Virus record (IMG/VR): IMGVR_UViG_3300029121_000001
Source of the DNA: a virus
Length of the DNA stretch: 64,000 nucleotides
Direction: 5' to 3' (one strand)
Below are positions 29,014-37,835 of this stretch, piece by piece (within the stretch, counting starts at the first letter, position 1; the number at the start of each line of letters is the position of its first letter). A program made the translations under genes and the position numbers. The notes beneath the pieces were generated by a model, which saw only the letters and a program-made list of their open reading frames with translations, ran no database searches and was not told where the DNA came from.

Positions 29014-29120
29014 GATACAGTACCTCCTAATTGTACTTCCATAAATATGAATATTCTTATAAGAAGGAATATATTTATCCTTCTTATCACTTTTATACTA
29101 TACAAGTGAAATATTTAAAT
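29014..29120 (-). promoter_or_regulatory. promoter-leader module copy X
   Basis: AATATTTCACTTGTATAGTATAAAA (rc of 29091-29115), hairpin AAGAAGGA..TCCTTCTT and TTAGGAGGTACT are all shared with copy Y. Confidence 0.55.
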
Positions 29121-29131
29121 TGTTAAAAATA

Positions 29132-29159
29132 AACCAGTAGAGATTTCTCTCTACTGGTT
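29132..29159 (-). terminator. intrinsic terminator after the hydrolase gene
   Basis: AACCAGTAGAGA-TTTC-TCTCTACTGGTT, with a T-run on the minus strand. Confidence 0.7.
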
Positions 29160-29181
29160 CTTTATTTAAACTATTCTTATA

Positions 29182-30051
29182 TTATTTATAGCAGAAATAG
29201 GTTTTATTGATTTTACAATAAACACCATTACCTTGCTTAAATAATGCCTGGAATACAACATTCTCAGGCAGAACAGATCCATTTTTCAATAACTCCATTG
29301 CAACTTCTTTATTAGTTTCTGTAGGAGTTTTATAGGCATTTCCATCCCACATACATGCATATTGTCCTTTAGCAGTAGCAACTTGCTTAATAGTATTCTG
29401 CTTAGGAAACCAACTAGAATGTACTCTATTCAAAACAACAGAACCAACATACATTTGTTCCTGCCGAGAACAATTCTGAGACTCACCAACGATTATCATT
29501 AGAAGATATTGATAATCTTCTTCTGTCCATCCATAGTAGCTATTTTCTTCTTCAATAGATTCAGTAGTACTAGAGGACTCTGTAGGTGATGTAGTGACAA
29601 CCGATTCAGCCTGTACTTCAGGTTCTGGTTGAGTCTCAACAACTACTTCTTCTACCTGCTGTTCTTGTGCCTTTTCAGAACTAGCAACTAGTTCAGCAGC
29701 AAGATCCATTTCGTATTCTAATTCTGCATCTTCATTCATTGGAAGAATCATTTTTTCTTCTGCAGGTGAAGTAGTATTAATATTTGTAACAACAAGCTGC
29801 TTTGACTTTGTAGCGATAGGAGTAACTACATTAGCAGTATAATGATTCATACCGATTCTCAACGGATCTAAGAAATCAGTAGGAATATTGCTTGCTGTAT
29901 GTACAAGTCCAATTACAGACCAGATAAGCATAAGCCATGTTGTAAGTACAATAATTGCAAGGTTACTTGCAATCACTGCAACATTGATATGCTTCTTTCT
30001 TCTTTTAGTAGAAGGTTTCTGAACTGCGTGACGTGCTTTATAAGTATTCAT
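29182..30051 (-). CDS. SleB/CwlJ-type cell wall hydrolase with N-terminal membrane anchor
   Basis: GESQNCSRQEQMYVGSVVLNRV..TIKQV..KGQYA matches the Hydrolase_2 core. TM helix VAVIASNLAIIVLTTWLMLIWSVIGL, followed by an E/V/T/S-rich linker. Confidence 0.75.
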   Translation of the reverse strand: MNTYKARHAVQKPSTKRRKKHINVAVIASNLAIIVLTTWLMLIWSVIGLVHTASNIPTDFLDPLRIGMNHYTANVVTPIATKSKQLVVTNINTTSPAEEKMILPMNEDAELEYEMDLAAELVASSEKAQEQQVEEVVVETQPEPEVQAESVVTTSPTESSSTTESIEEENSYYGWTEEDYQYLLMIIVGESQNCSRQEQMYVGSVVLNRVHSSWFPKQNTIKQVATAKGQYACMWDGNAYKTPTETNKEVAMELLKNGSVLPENVVFQALFKQGNGVYCKINKTYFCYK

Positions 30052-30147
30052 TTTAAATCTCCTTAATTCAACGAGTTTCCTACTGCGGACACGTTGTACT
30101 TATAGACATTCCTTCCTTCTTAATTTACTTAAAATATATAAATTGCA

Positions 30148-30483
30148 TTAGTTCTTTTTAATGCAAAATATATCATCCATCATAAGAATGCTAAATCGGT
30201 TACAGCTTTTATACAAATTGTTGTGCTTAATGATGTCAATCATTTGATCAACAGTAACAACTGTTTCTACATTTTGATCAATACGTAATTGATCAATAGC
30301 CTTCCTGTCAGAAATCAATCTTAAGAAAGATTTCTTAGTAAAATGCTTGCGGCATTTCTTGATAGTTACAAAACTGTAACTATCAGCAGGAGCAGGCCAT
30401 TCATCACTATTGCACACCGTTTGTACTATACAAGATCCCTTATATAGCTGTGAATAATGCTTCTTGTAAGTTTTCTTTTTCAT
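30148..30483 (-). CDS. hypothetical protein
   Basis: 111-codon ORF with SD AAAGGAAG. Confidence 0.6.
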   Translation of the reverse strand: MKKKTYKKHYSQLYKGSCIVQTVCNSDEWPAPADSYSFVTIKKCRKHFTKKSFLRLISDRKAIDQLRIDQNVETVVTVDQMIDIIKHNNLYKSCNRFSILMMDDIFCIKKN

Positions 30484-30500
30484 TTCTAATACTTCCTTTC

Positions 30501-30845
30501 TTATAATAATCCCATTCTTCTTGCTTCTTCGACTTCGATAATAACTGAATGCGTAGGATAAGAACCTTTGTTCATAACCCAGATAATGTACTTTTTGTTA
30601 GGATCGCATGCTTTAAGGATATTGAGATCAACATGATCTACAACGCTATCATATACAACTTTAAATCTCTTGTTACAGATCTTCATTGTATTGATTGCTC
30701 GCATGATTCTTTTAGGCTTATAGCCTTTCTTTGCAGGAACTCTAGAAATGAAATTATAATGATAATCAATACAAAAACAGTTATCGACAATCTTCACATT
30801 TTCATTCAAATAATGGCCTCTGCAAAAACTTTTCATTGTAAACAT
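30501..30845 (-). CDS. hypothetical protein
   Basis: 114-codon ORF with SD GAAAGGA. A promoter-motif copy lies upstream. Confidence 0.6.
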   Translation of the reverse strand: MFTMKSFCRGHYLNENVKIVDNCFCIDYHYNFISRVPAKKGYKPKRIMRAINTMKICNKRFKVVYDSVVDHVDLNILKACDPNKKYIIWVMNKGSYPTHSVIIEVEEARRMGLL

Positions 30846-30891
30846 CCTTTCTGCTTAATTTTTTGACAAAAGAAATATCCATATTCTAATG

Positions 30892-30908
30892 TCATTTTTA
30901 TAATATCT
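30892..30908 (-). promoter_or_regulatory. 17-nt promoter-like motif AGATATTATAAAAATGA
   Basis: In the divergent region, upstream of gene 30501-30845. Confidence 0.5.
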
Positions 30909-31026
30909 TTTTAATTTATCCATTAAATTAAAATATAAAATTTTATGTAACCTGATAATAATTTAGAATAAAGCATGAAAATGCTTTATTTAAATTTATA
31001 TTATAAAATATAAGAAGGAGTAAATT

Positions 31027-31812
31027 ATGGCTGTTGAATTTAATGGTTCGCCCTTTCAGTATAATCCTGCAGTAACTAATGTCAATATTGACAATCAGCT
31101 AGCAGGTATTCTGGGGCAGTTTAATGATGACTATATTCTTGATGTAGTGAATGATTCTTTAAAGAATAGATTTAATGCTTATCAATCTGCTAATCCAAAT
31201 GTTATTTCTGCATATGAAGCTACATTTAGACATCTTACAGATGGTTTCTCATCTAATACAGATGATATTTTAAATACAAGAAATAGAACTTATACAAACA
31301 TCATTAATGTTATTTGTAATTTTTATAATCTTCAGTTTAATCCTCATGATGATACTGATTATTATTCTGCTGCATATTGGCTTTATGATTTCTTTGTATC
31401 TAATTTTACTGAGCATCTTAAAACTTTTTATGCAATGTATCTTATTCAAGAAAGAAAGTCTATTAGTGAAGCCTTTAATCTTCCTCAAATGAGAAAAGAT
31501 AATGATATTGTCTTTGGTTATTCTAAGAAGCTATTTAAGAATTCTACTATTGCTGCAATTCATTGTAATATTGATTATATCATTTCTCAGATGGATTCTT
31601 TTAATATTAGTCTAGAAACTATCCTATTCACAGTATATAGAAATATTCCTAATCTATCTGCTTATGTAGCAAGTATTGTTTCTGATCCTACTGGATATTT
31701 CTTTAAGAATTATTATCAAGATTTTGTTTTAAGATCTCCTGATGCTGCTGATATGATTACTTATGTTAAGCTTGCTCTTCAGGAGATTGGTAGAGATATT
31801 GAAAATGATTAA
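31027..31812 (+). CDS. hypothetical protein (first gene of the long plus-strand structural block)
   Basis: SD GAAGGAG. Confidence 0.7.
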   Translation: MAVEFNGSPFQYNPAVTNVNIDNQLAGILGQFNDDYILDVVNDSLKNRFNAYQSANPNVISAYEATFRHLTDGFSSNTDDILNTRNRTYTNIINVICNFYNLQFNPHDDTDYYSAAYWLYDFFVSNFTEHLKTFYAMYLIQERKSISEAFNLPQMRKDNDIVFGYSKKLFKNSTIAAIHCNIDYIISQMDSFNISLETILFTVYRNIPNLSAYVASIVSDPTGYFFKNYYQDFVLRSPDAADMITYVKLALQEIGRDIEND

Positions 31813-31831
31813 TAATAAGGAGAATATTTTT

Positions 31832-33040
31832 ATGTCTGAAAATACTATCGACAAGGCCTATGATACTCTAATTAATGCTACTCCTGATACAGCTGTAGAA
31901 GCTATTAATGAAGCAAAAGATGCTATTGATAATGCACCTACAAATGTTGTGAATTACCCTACAGAAACTACTCCTAGTAATGTAGAAAGTAAGAAAGTTA
32001 TGGGAGTATATGATCCCAAGACCGGTAATATTACTCCTACAGAAGATGAAGTAGATGAAGAAACTCAGCAGAAAGTAATTGAAGCTCTAAGTAATGCTTT
32101 CGTAGATCCTGGAGAAAAAGCTATTACTGATCTTGATGCAGATATCAAGAAGTTTTTGAATAATAAGTTTAAAGCCTCTAGTAGTGATACAGATAAGGTT
32201 GCTAAGCTTGTAGCCCATCGAATTTTGAATGATAGTGTAGATTATTATTCTGAGATGCCTACTATGATGCAGCAATCTGTTAATAAGATTATGCTAGATG
32301 CAAATACTGAGAATGTGCCTAAGAATATGATTAAGCACAGAAATCAGGTTGCTAAGATGATTATTGATGAGCTTGTTGAAGAATATAACGCTTCTACTTC
32401 TAAGGCTGTTGATCTTGATACAGTTCTTGCAAGTTATGATAAAGAAATTGATAATATCAATAAAGAGATGGGAACTGAGATTGGCAACATGATGCTCGGT
32501 TTTGATATCGAACGTAAAAAGCAGATTGATATTGCAATTGAAGCTTCTAAGAAAGCTGGAAATACAGCAAATGTAGAGAAGCTTGAAACAATTAAAGCAA
32601 ACATCGATAAAGCTTTTGACCTTACCGATTTTAAAGAATACTGTAAGCATTGTAGAATTAAGCCTATTGAAATTAAGAAGCCTAGTAGAGTCTTCGATAA
32701 TTTCAATTTCAAGTATGAGCATAATGATATTGTGATTAATGATATTAGAGCTTGTCCTGATATCATTATTCGCCATATGAATGAATATACTAGAGATCAG
32801 GCAATGTCTGTTTGCCTTGCATTCTGTAAATATTGTGCAAACATGAATGCTAATGATATTGCAGATCATACCTTCATGTATTATTTCATTCGTAATATTA
32901 TCGTCATTGATCGTATTAATCCTAGAGGCAAAGGATACGCTACTATCACTGGAAAAGATAAAGAATTCTACGATACTTTTGTTGCAAATATTCGTGAATG
33001 TATTAACAATCTACTTGAAAGAAATGTAACATTAAAATAA
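31832..33040 (+). CDS. hypothetical protein
   Basis: ATG 31832 preceded by AAGGAG. The track ORF start at 31763 overlaps the upstream gene. Confidence 0.7.
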   Translation: MSENTIDKAYDTLINATPDTAVEAINEAKDAIDNAPTNVVNYPTETTPSNVESKKVMGVYDPKTGNITPTEDEVDEETQQKVIEALSNAFVDPGEKAITDLDADIKKFLNNKFKASSSDTDKVAKLVAHRILNDSVDYYSEMPTMMQQSVNKIMLDANTENVPKNMIKHRNQVAKMIIDELVEEYNASTSKAVDLDTVLASYDKEIDNINKEMGTEIGNMMLGFDIERKKQIDIAIEASKKAGNTANVEKLETIKANIDKAFDLTDFKEYCKHCRIKPIEIKKPSRVFDNFNFKYEHNDIVINDIRACPDIIIRHMNEYTRDQAMSVCLAFCKYCANMNANDIADHTFMYYFIRNIIVIDRINPRGKGYATITGKDKEFYDTFVANIRECINNLLERNVTLK

Positions 33041-33177
33041 TAGCTGACCGAAATACACAGTTTCTTTCGCCATGAGAAGTTGTACCTCCAAAAATCTATT
33101 TCTCTCAGCTAGTGGGTTTTGTTGGGTTGTAGTCGTTCGTTTTCATCGTTTGTTTACTCCTTTTAAAAATGATGCAG

Positions 33178-33207
33178 TGCCGATAGGATTGCAGGTTCCT
33201 ATCGGCA
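33178..33207 (+). terminator. hairpin, probable terminator
   Basis: TGCCGATAGGA-loop-TCCTATCGGCA. The T-run is weak. Confidence 0.5.
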
Positions 33208-33253
33208 TTTGCACGTAAACTTTATAATAATTATTTAAAGAAAGGATTGGTTG

Positions 33254-35371
33254 ATGGCCATGCTTCTTGATAGTAAATATACCATTCTTCCTAATCTTAG
33301 GTTTTCTCTGACCTACGATACGGGAATGTCTAAGTCTATTATCGTAAAGTCTGGTGATAAAATTGATTGCTCTTATAAACAGAATGGTGTAATTAATTCT
33401 ATCACTGGTATGGTATCTAAGATTGGTGTTAATTATAATTCCTCTCTCGGTGCTTTTGGTTCTAATGCATATATGCAGGTTGATGGATCTGCAGAATATG
33501 CAGGTAAGGTAGTATATATTCAGCCTAATGATGTGCTTGATATCGATATTATCTCTACTTCTGATACTATTAGTAATCCTGTTTGTAGTGTCGATAATGA
33601 AGATCAGCGCATTAGATTGATTAGAGAAAACGAAGCTGGAGTTTTCCAGTATAGTCTTGATGGACTTACTTGGAATACTGCTACTGGATCTCAGGGTATG
33701 TCTGCATATGAATGTGCAGTTGCTATGGGATATCAGGGAACTGAGGCTGAATGGCTAGAGAGTCTTAAGGGTGATAAGGGAGATCCCGGTGAATTTGAAA
33801 TTTACTGTGTCTTTGATTCTATCGAAGAAGCAGAAAGAAAGAAGAATACTGTTCCTCGTGGAAAGTTTGTTGCTGTTCTAGGAACTCCTTGTGCTACACT
33901 ATATATCAGAACCAGTGATACCACTACCAGTAGCTGTCCTTGTGGCTGTGGTAAGAATATTGTAGTTAATTCTAACACGACTATCACTGGATATCAATAT
34001 CTTGGTCCTATGACTGTTGGTGCAAAGGGAGATCCCGGTAAGCCTGGTTCAAAGGGAGATCCCGGCAAAGATGGTAAATCTGCATATGAATATGCTGTAG
34101 ATTATGGATTTACTGGAACAGAAGAAGACTTTGCTAAGCAAATGTGTGATGGTAGTATCAAGGTTACCAATTTCTTCATGGGCCAAAATCCTGACCTTCT
34201 GAATACTGTTATTGGGCCTATTGATCTGAGAATCTTTGGCTATACAGATACTAAGACCCTTAGAAGTGTTAAGCTGAAGAAAATTGATATTTCTTCTCCT
34301 TCTGAGATTGAAGATCAATCTCTGATTTTTGCAGATGCTGTTACTCTTCGTGCTGTTCCCACTAAGACAGAGGCCGCTAAGCCTAATCTTACCATTAAAG
34401 GTAATAAGTTTGTCACCGACTGCATTATGGAACGTGATGGAGAGATCGGTGTTTTCCGTAGAGTTGAGCACATTGATTCCTATAATGGTGAAACTATTCT
34501 AGGTGATTGGATCTCCTCTACTGGTGAGCTTGATCTTGGTGCAGAAGTTCAGTTTACTACTCTTGGTGAATTTGAGCCTTTTGATAAGAGAACTCAGAGC
34601 CAGTATAAGAAACTCCATACTTATGATAGAGAAACCGAAATTAAGTTGGATGATAAGAATGCTTGGCTATCTATCTCTTACCCTGTAGATATTGCTACTT
34701 TTATTACTGGTATGGCATCTACTCAGATTCAAGAATATCTTGAAGAGCATACTACTGAGCTAATTGGTCCTGCTGTTGAGAAGGTTGTTAATGAGAAGAT
34801 CAATACCATTAATCAGGAAATAACCAATATTAACAATTCTCTTGGCGATAAACAAGAAAAGCTTCAGGCTGGAGATAATATAACCATTAAAGGCAATGTA
34901 ATTAGTGCATCTGCTGCTGGTGAAACAACAGAAGAAATTACTGTTACTAAGGCCTTTGGTGCTCTTGAAGTTGGAACAGTAATTCCTACAGGAACGTCAT
35001 TTACAGACTTTCTGAAGATGTCTATTGCTCCTCCTGCTCCTCCTGCTAGTAAATTTGTTTATTTTGGAACTCCTGATACTGTTCCTACCAATATTGAAGG
35101 TTTTACGAGTCAATCTATTGAAGATACTATACTTTTGAAGGATGGTGTATTCTTTAGATATACTGCAGATGATAAACATCTTGCATTTGCATATAAGCAG
35201 AGTATTGGTGAACTTCTGTCTATTAAAGATCCTAATGGGTTTGAACAGATGGATGGATGGTCAATGGCTACATATACAAATCCTGATACTAATATTGCTT
35301 ATTATATCTGGTATACTAATGATCCTGTTACAGTTTCTAGATTTAAGGTTACATTCCTATTTACTGACTGA
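33254..35371 (+). CDS. tail fibre protein with short collagen-like segments
   Basis: GDKGDPGE and GAKGDPGKPGSKGDPGKDGK runs next to SAYE(C/Y)AV..G(Y/F)xGTE motifs, which are typical of Firmicute phage fibres. Confidence 0.65.
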   Translation: MAMLLDSKYTILPNLRFSLTYDTGMSKSIIVKSGDKIDCSYKQNGVINSITGMVSKIGVNYNSSLGAFGSNAYMQVDGSAEYAGKVVYIQPNDVLDIDIISTSDTISNPVCSVDNEDQRIRLIRENEAGVFQYSLDGLTWNTATGSQGMSAYECAVAMGYQGTEAEWLESLKGDKGDPGEFEIYCVFDSIEEAERKKNTVPRGKFVAVLGTPCATLYIRTSDTTTSSCPCGCGKNIVVNSNTTITGYQYLGPMTVGAKGDPGKPGSKGDPGKDGKSAYEYAVDYGFTGTEEDFAKQMCDGSIKVTNFFMGQNPDLLNTVIGPIDLRIFGYTDTKTLRSVKLKKIDISSPSEIEDQSLIFADAVTLRAVPTKTEAAKPNLTIKGNKFVTDCIMERDGEIGVFRRVEHIDSYNGETILGDWISSTGELDLGAEVQFTTLGEFEPFDKRTQSQYKKLHTYDRETEIKLDDKNAWLSISYPVDIATFITGMASTQIQEYLEEHTTELIGPAVEKVVNEKINTINQEITNINNSLGDKQEKLQAGDNITIKGNVISASAAGETTEEITVTKAFGALEVGTVIPTGTSFTDFLKMSIAPPAPPASKFVYFGTPDTVPTNIEGFTSQSIEDTILLKDGVFFRYTADDKHLAFAYKQSIGELLSIKDPNGFEQMDGWSMATYTNPDTNIAYYIWYTNDPVTVSRFKVTFLFTD

Positions 35372-35397
35372 TTTTTAAGAAAGGAGGAGTAATTTAA

Positions 35398-36165
35398 ATG
35401 ATTAATGTTATTCAAGGTTTCAAGCTGTCTGCTAGAGATCCTATTGATGCACGTCTTTTGATGACAAAGAAAGAAATGCGTGACATCAAAGACAACATGA
35501 TGCCCGATAAGTATTTTACAATTTGTAAAGAAAATGGACTTCTTTATATTTATGATAAAGATAGAACACAAGAAGAAATCGGAGCTACAGATACTGGCAA
35601 ATTTACACTCGTAAATTCTTCAAAAATTGATGCTATTACTATTGATGGTGAAACTCTTCCTATTGATGAATCGATTGTAGATATTCCTAAAGCTCTTGCT
35701 GACAAGTATGGTGTTATTAAGCTTGGCACAGGACTTAAGAATGATGATGATGGCACCGTAACAATTGACTTTGATTCTTTTGCAGATGGTATTATTCCTC
35801 AGAGTAAGATTAATTTCACCAATGGTGGAATTATTTCTCGTGGATATTTTCATGATGGAAAATTTTATACTTCTACAGATTACAAAGAGTCTATTGTAGG
35901 ATACGATTATAAACTTTATATCGATATCCCCAGTACTTTTGTATATGAGTATAATACCACTGAGAAAAAATTCGAACAAATTAATAAAGCTCCACTAGCA
36001 ACTTCTATTATCCCTGGTGTGATGAAGCTGTATGGAGCTCCTGGTGATCAGACTGATGGTACTATGAATCAGAAGTCTATTACCGATGAACTAAATAAAA
36101 AGTTTACAATTTCTAAGGGAGAAGATGAATCCATTATCTTTAAAGATGGATTTACTGTTTCTTAA
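35398..36165 (+). CDS. tail fibre-associated protein
   Basis: GVIKLGTG and PGVMKLYGAPG motifs, as at fibre N-termini. SD AGGAGG. Confidence 0.5.
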   Translation: MINVIQGFKLSARDPIDARLLMTKKEMRDIKDNMMPDKYFTICKENGLLYIYDKDRTQEEIGATDTGKFTLVNSSKIDAITIDGETLPIDESIVDIPKALADKYGVIKLGTGLKNDDDGTVTIDFDSFADGIIPQSKINFTNGGIISRGYFHDGKFYTSTDYKESIVGYDYKLYIDIPSTFVYEYNTTEKKFEQINKAPLATSIIPGVMKLYGAPGDQTDGTMNQKSITDELNKKFTISKGEDESIIFKDGFTVS

Positions 36166-36232
36166 GTTATTGTAATTTTTTATAAAAATCTCACTTATCT
36201 ACTACAAAAAATATTAAAGGAGATTTACTACT

Positions 36233-37618
36233 ATGGCTGTTATTAAGACTACTTATGATAATGCCAACACCCTGAAGAAGATTACAGTCGGTGCTGAAGT
36301 CTACTTCGTTAAGGATGCTGACCTGCGTAAGATTGTTGAAGGTTTCCACGATGCCGTCTATAAGGACGTCGCTGTTGAGCTGACCGAAGATGGTGTTGCT
36401 CTGCCTACTGAGGGTGCAGTTGTTAAGTATATTAAGGAGAAGGTTGCATCTCTGGAAGGTGCTATGCACTTCCGTGGTGTCATCACTCGTGCTGAAGAGG
36501 GCACAGATGATCTGACTGCTATTGCTGCTGTTGTTACCGATCCCAAGTCTGGTGACGTTGTTGTTATGAAGGATAACTCTAAGGAGTATATCTATAACGG
36601 CACTGCTTGGGAGGAGCTGGGTGACCAGACTACTCACCTGACTGTTGCTACTGCAGCTGCTACTTATGTTGCAAAGACCACTACCATTGCTGGTATTGAT
36701 CTACAGGATAACATTACTGCTGAGGAGCTGGAAGGTCCTACTGCTCTGAATCTGAAGGCTCTGTCCCATAAGGATACTGCTTCTGGTTCTGTTGAGGTCT
36801 TTGATAAGATCGATGACCTGACTGTTGCTAAGTCTGGCGAGTATACTCTGGCAGGTACTACTGTTGCAGTTCCTAAGACTTATTCTGCTATGGATGTTAC
36901 CGCAGCAGGTAGTGTTACTGTTGATCAGACTATTGATGTGGCTGCTACTTATGAGAAGACTTCTGGTGTTACCATTGCTGCTACTGCTGCCGATGAGACT
37001 CATACAGCAAACTATACTCCTGCTGGTAAGGTTGCTCTGCCTGCTCTGACTGCTAGTGTTGAGCTGAAGACCACTGATGTTGCAACGGTTACCGATAAGG
37101 GTACCGCTTACTCTATGACTGATGGTAAGGTCGAGAAGGCTGCTGATACCACTGCATCTTTCGTTCAGAAGGGTGTTAAGTTTAGTGTTGATGCAGAAGA
37201 TGAGTCTCTGACCCTGGACTACACTACTGCTGCCGCTGATACCGCATTCTATGCTGCTGCTGTCACTGTTGCTGGTGCTGTTACCTATACTGCTCCGAAG
37301 CTGTCTGGTGCTCTGCCTACCTTCGGTACTTCTGCAGTTGCTACTGCAACTGGTGCTGTTGCTAAGGCAGCATACAATGGTGAGGCTACGTTTACTGGTA
37401 CTGGTGCTGTTCTTGGTGCTACCGTTGCTACTGAGACTACTGCTGCTACTGTCACTCAGCCTGTCTTCTCTGCTACCTTTGCTGGTACGAAGAAGTCTGT
37501 CACTCCCACTGTTGCTACTACCGAGGATGCTCAGGCTCCGAATGGTACCATCACTGTGGAGACCACTACTGTTACCCCGACCGTTTCCAAGAAGACTGCT
37601 ACTGTCACTGTCAAGTAA
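36233..37618 (+). CDS. abundant Thr/Ala/Val-rich virion surface protein (fibre or decoration)
   Basis: Strong CTG/GGT/GCT/ACT codon bias. The C-terminal 300 aa are almost entirely T/A/V/G/S beta-type repeats. Confidence 0.6.
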   Translation: MAVIKTTYDNANTLKKITVGAEVYFVKDADLRKIVEGFHDAVYKDVAVELTEDGVALPTEGAVVKYIKEKVASLEGAMHFRGVITRAEEGTDDLTAIAAVVTDPKSGDVVVMKDNSKEYIYNGTAWEELGDQTTHLTVATAAATYVAKTTTIAGIDLQDNITAEELEGPTALNLKALSHKDTASGSVEVFDKIDDLTVAKSGEYTLAGTTVAVPKTYSAMDVTAAGSVTVDQTIDVAATYEKTSGVTIAATAADETHTANYTPAGKVALPALTASVELKTTDVATVTDKGTAYSMTDGKVEKAADTTASFVQKGVKFSVDAEDESLTLDYTTAAADTAFYAAAVTVAGAVTYTAPKLSGALPTFGTSAVATATGAVAKAAYNGEATFTGTGAVLGATVATETTAATVTQPVFSATFAGTKKSVTPTVATTEDAQAPNGTITVETTTVTPTVSKKTATVTVK

Positions 37619-37664
37619 TTTTAACAGTTTTATTTGGATACCTGTTGCATAATTAGTTAATATG

Positions 37665-37692
37665 TACCCTCATCTCTCACGAGGTGAGGGTA
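37665..37692 (+). terminator. intrinsic terminator
   Basis: TACCCTCATCTC-TCAC-GAGGTGAGGGTA, then TTTTATT. Confidence 0.7.
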
Positions 37693-37720
37693 TTTTATTA
37701 TTTAATTAAAAATGCTAAAT

Positions 37721-37737
37721 TATGATTAATAATCATA
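37721..37737. promoter_or_regulatory. palindrome TATGATTA-A-TAATCATA upstream of the His-x-His fibre gene
   Basis: Perfect 8-bp arms. Shares the core TGATTA..TAATCA with 41688-41705. Confidence 0.3.
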
Positions 37738-37835
37738 GTACTTTACAAAACATTTTAGTAAATAATAAAATGCTAGTAGTAATATACTAGTGATATTATT
37801 ATATGCTATATAATATCAATAGGAGGATATTTATA

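Noticed and set aside
33041-33177. AACGACUAC on the minus strand of the 33-kb spacer as a remnant of another group I intron.
   Set aside because: Only this one short element matches. The P7 partner (AUAGUC) and the other core blocks are absent, and the segment does not interrupt a gene.
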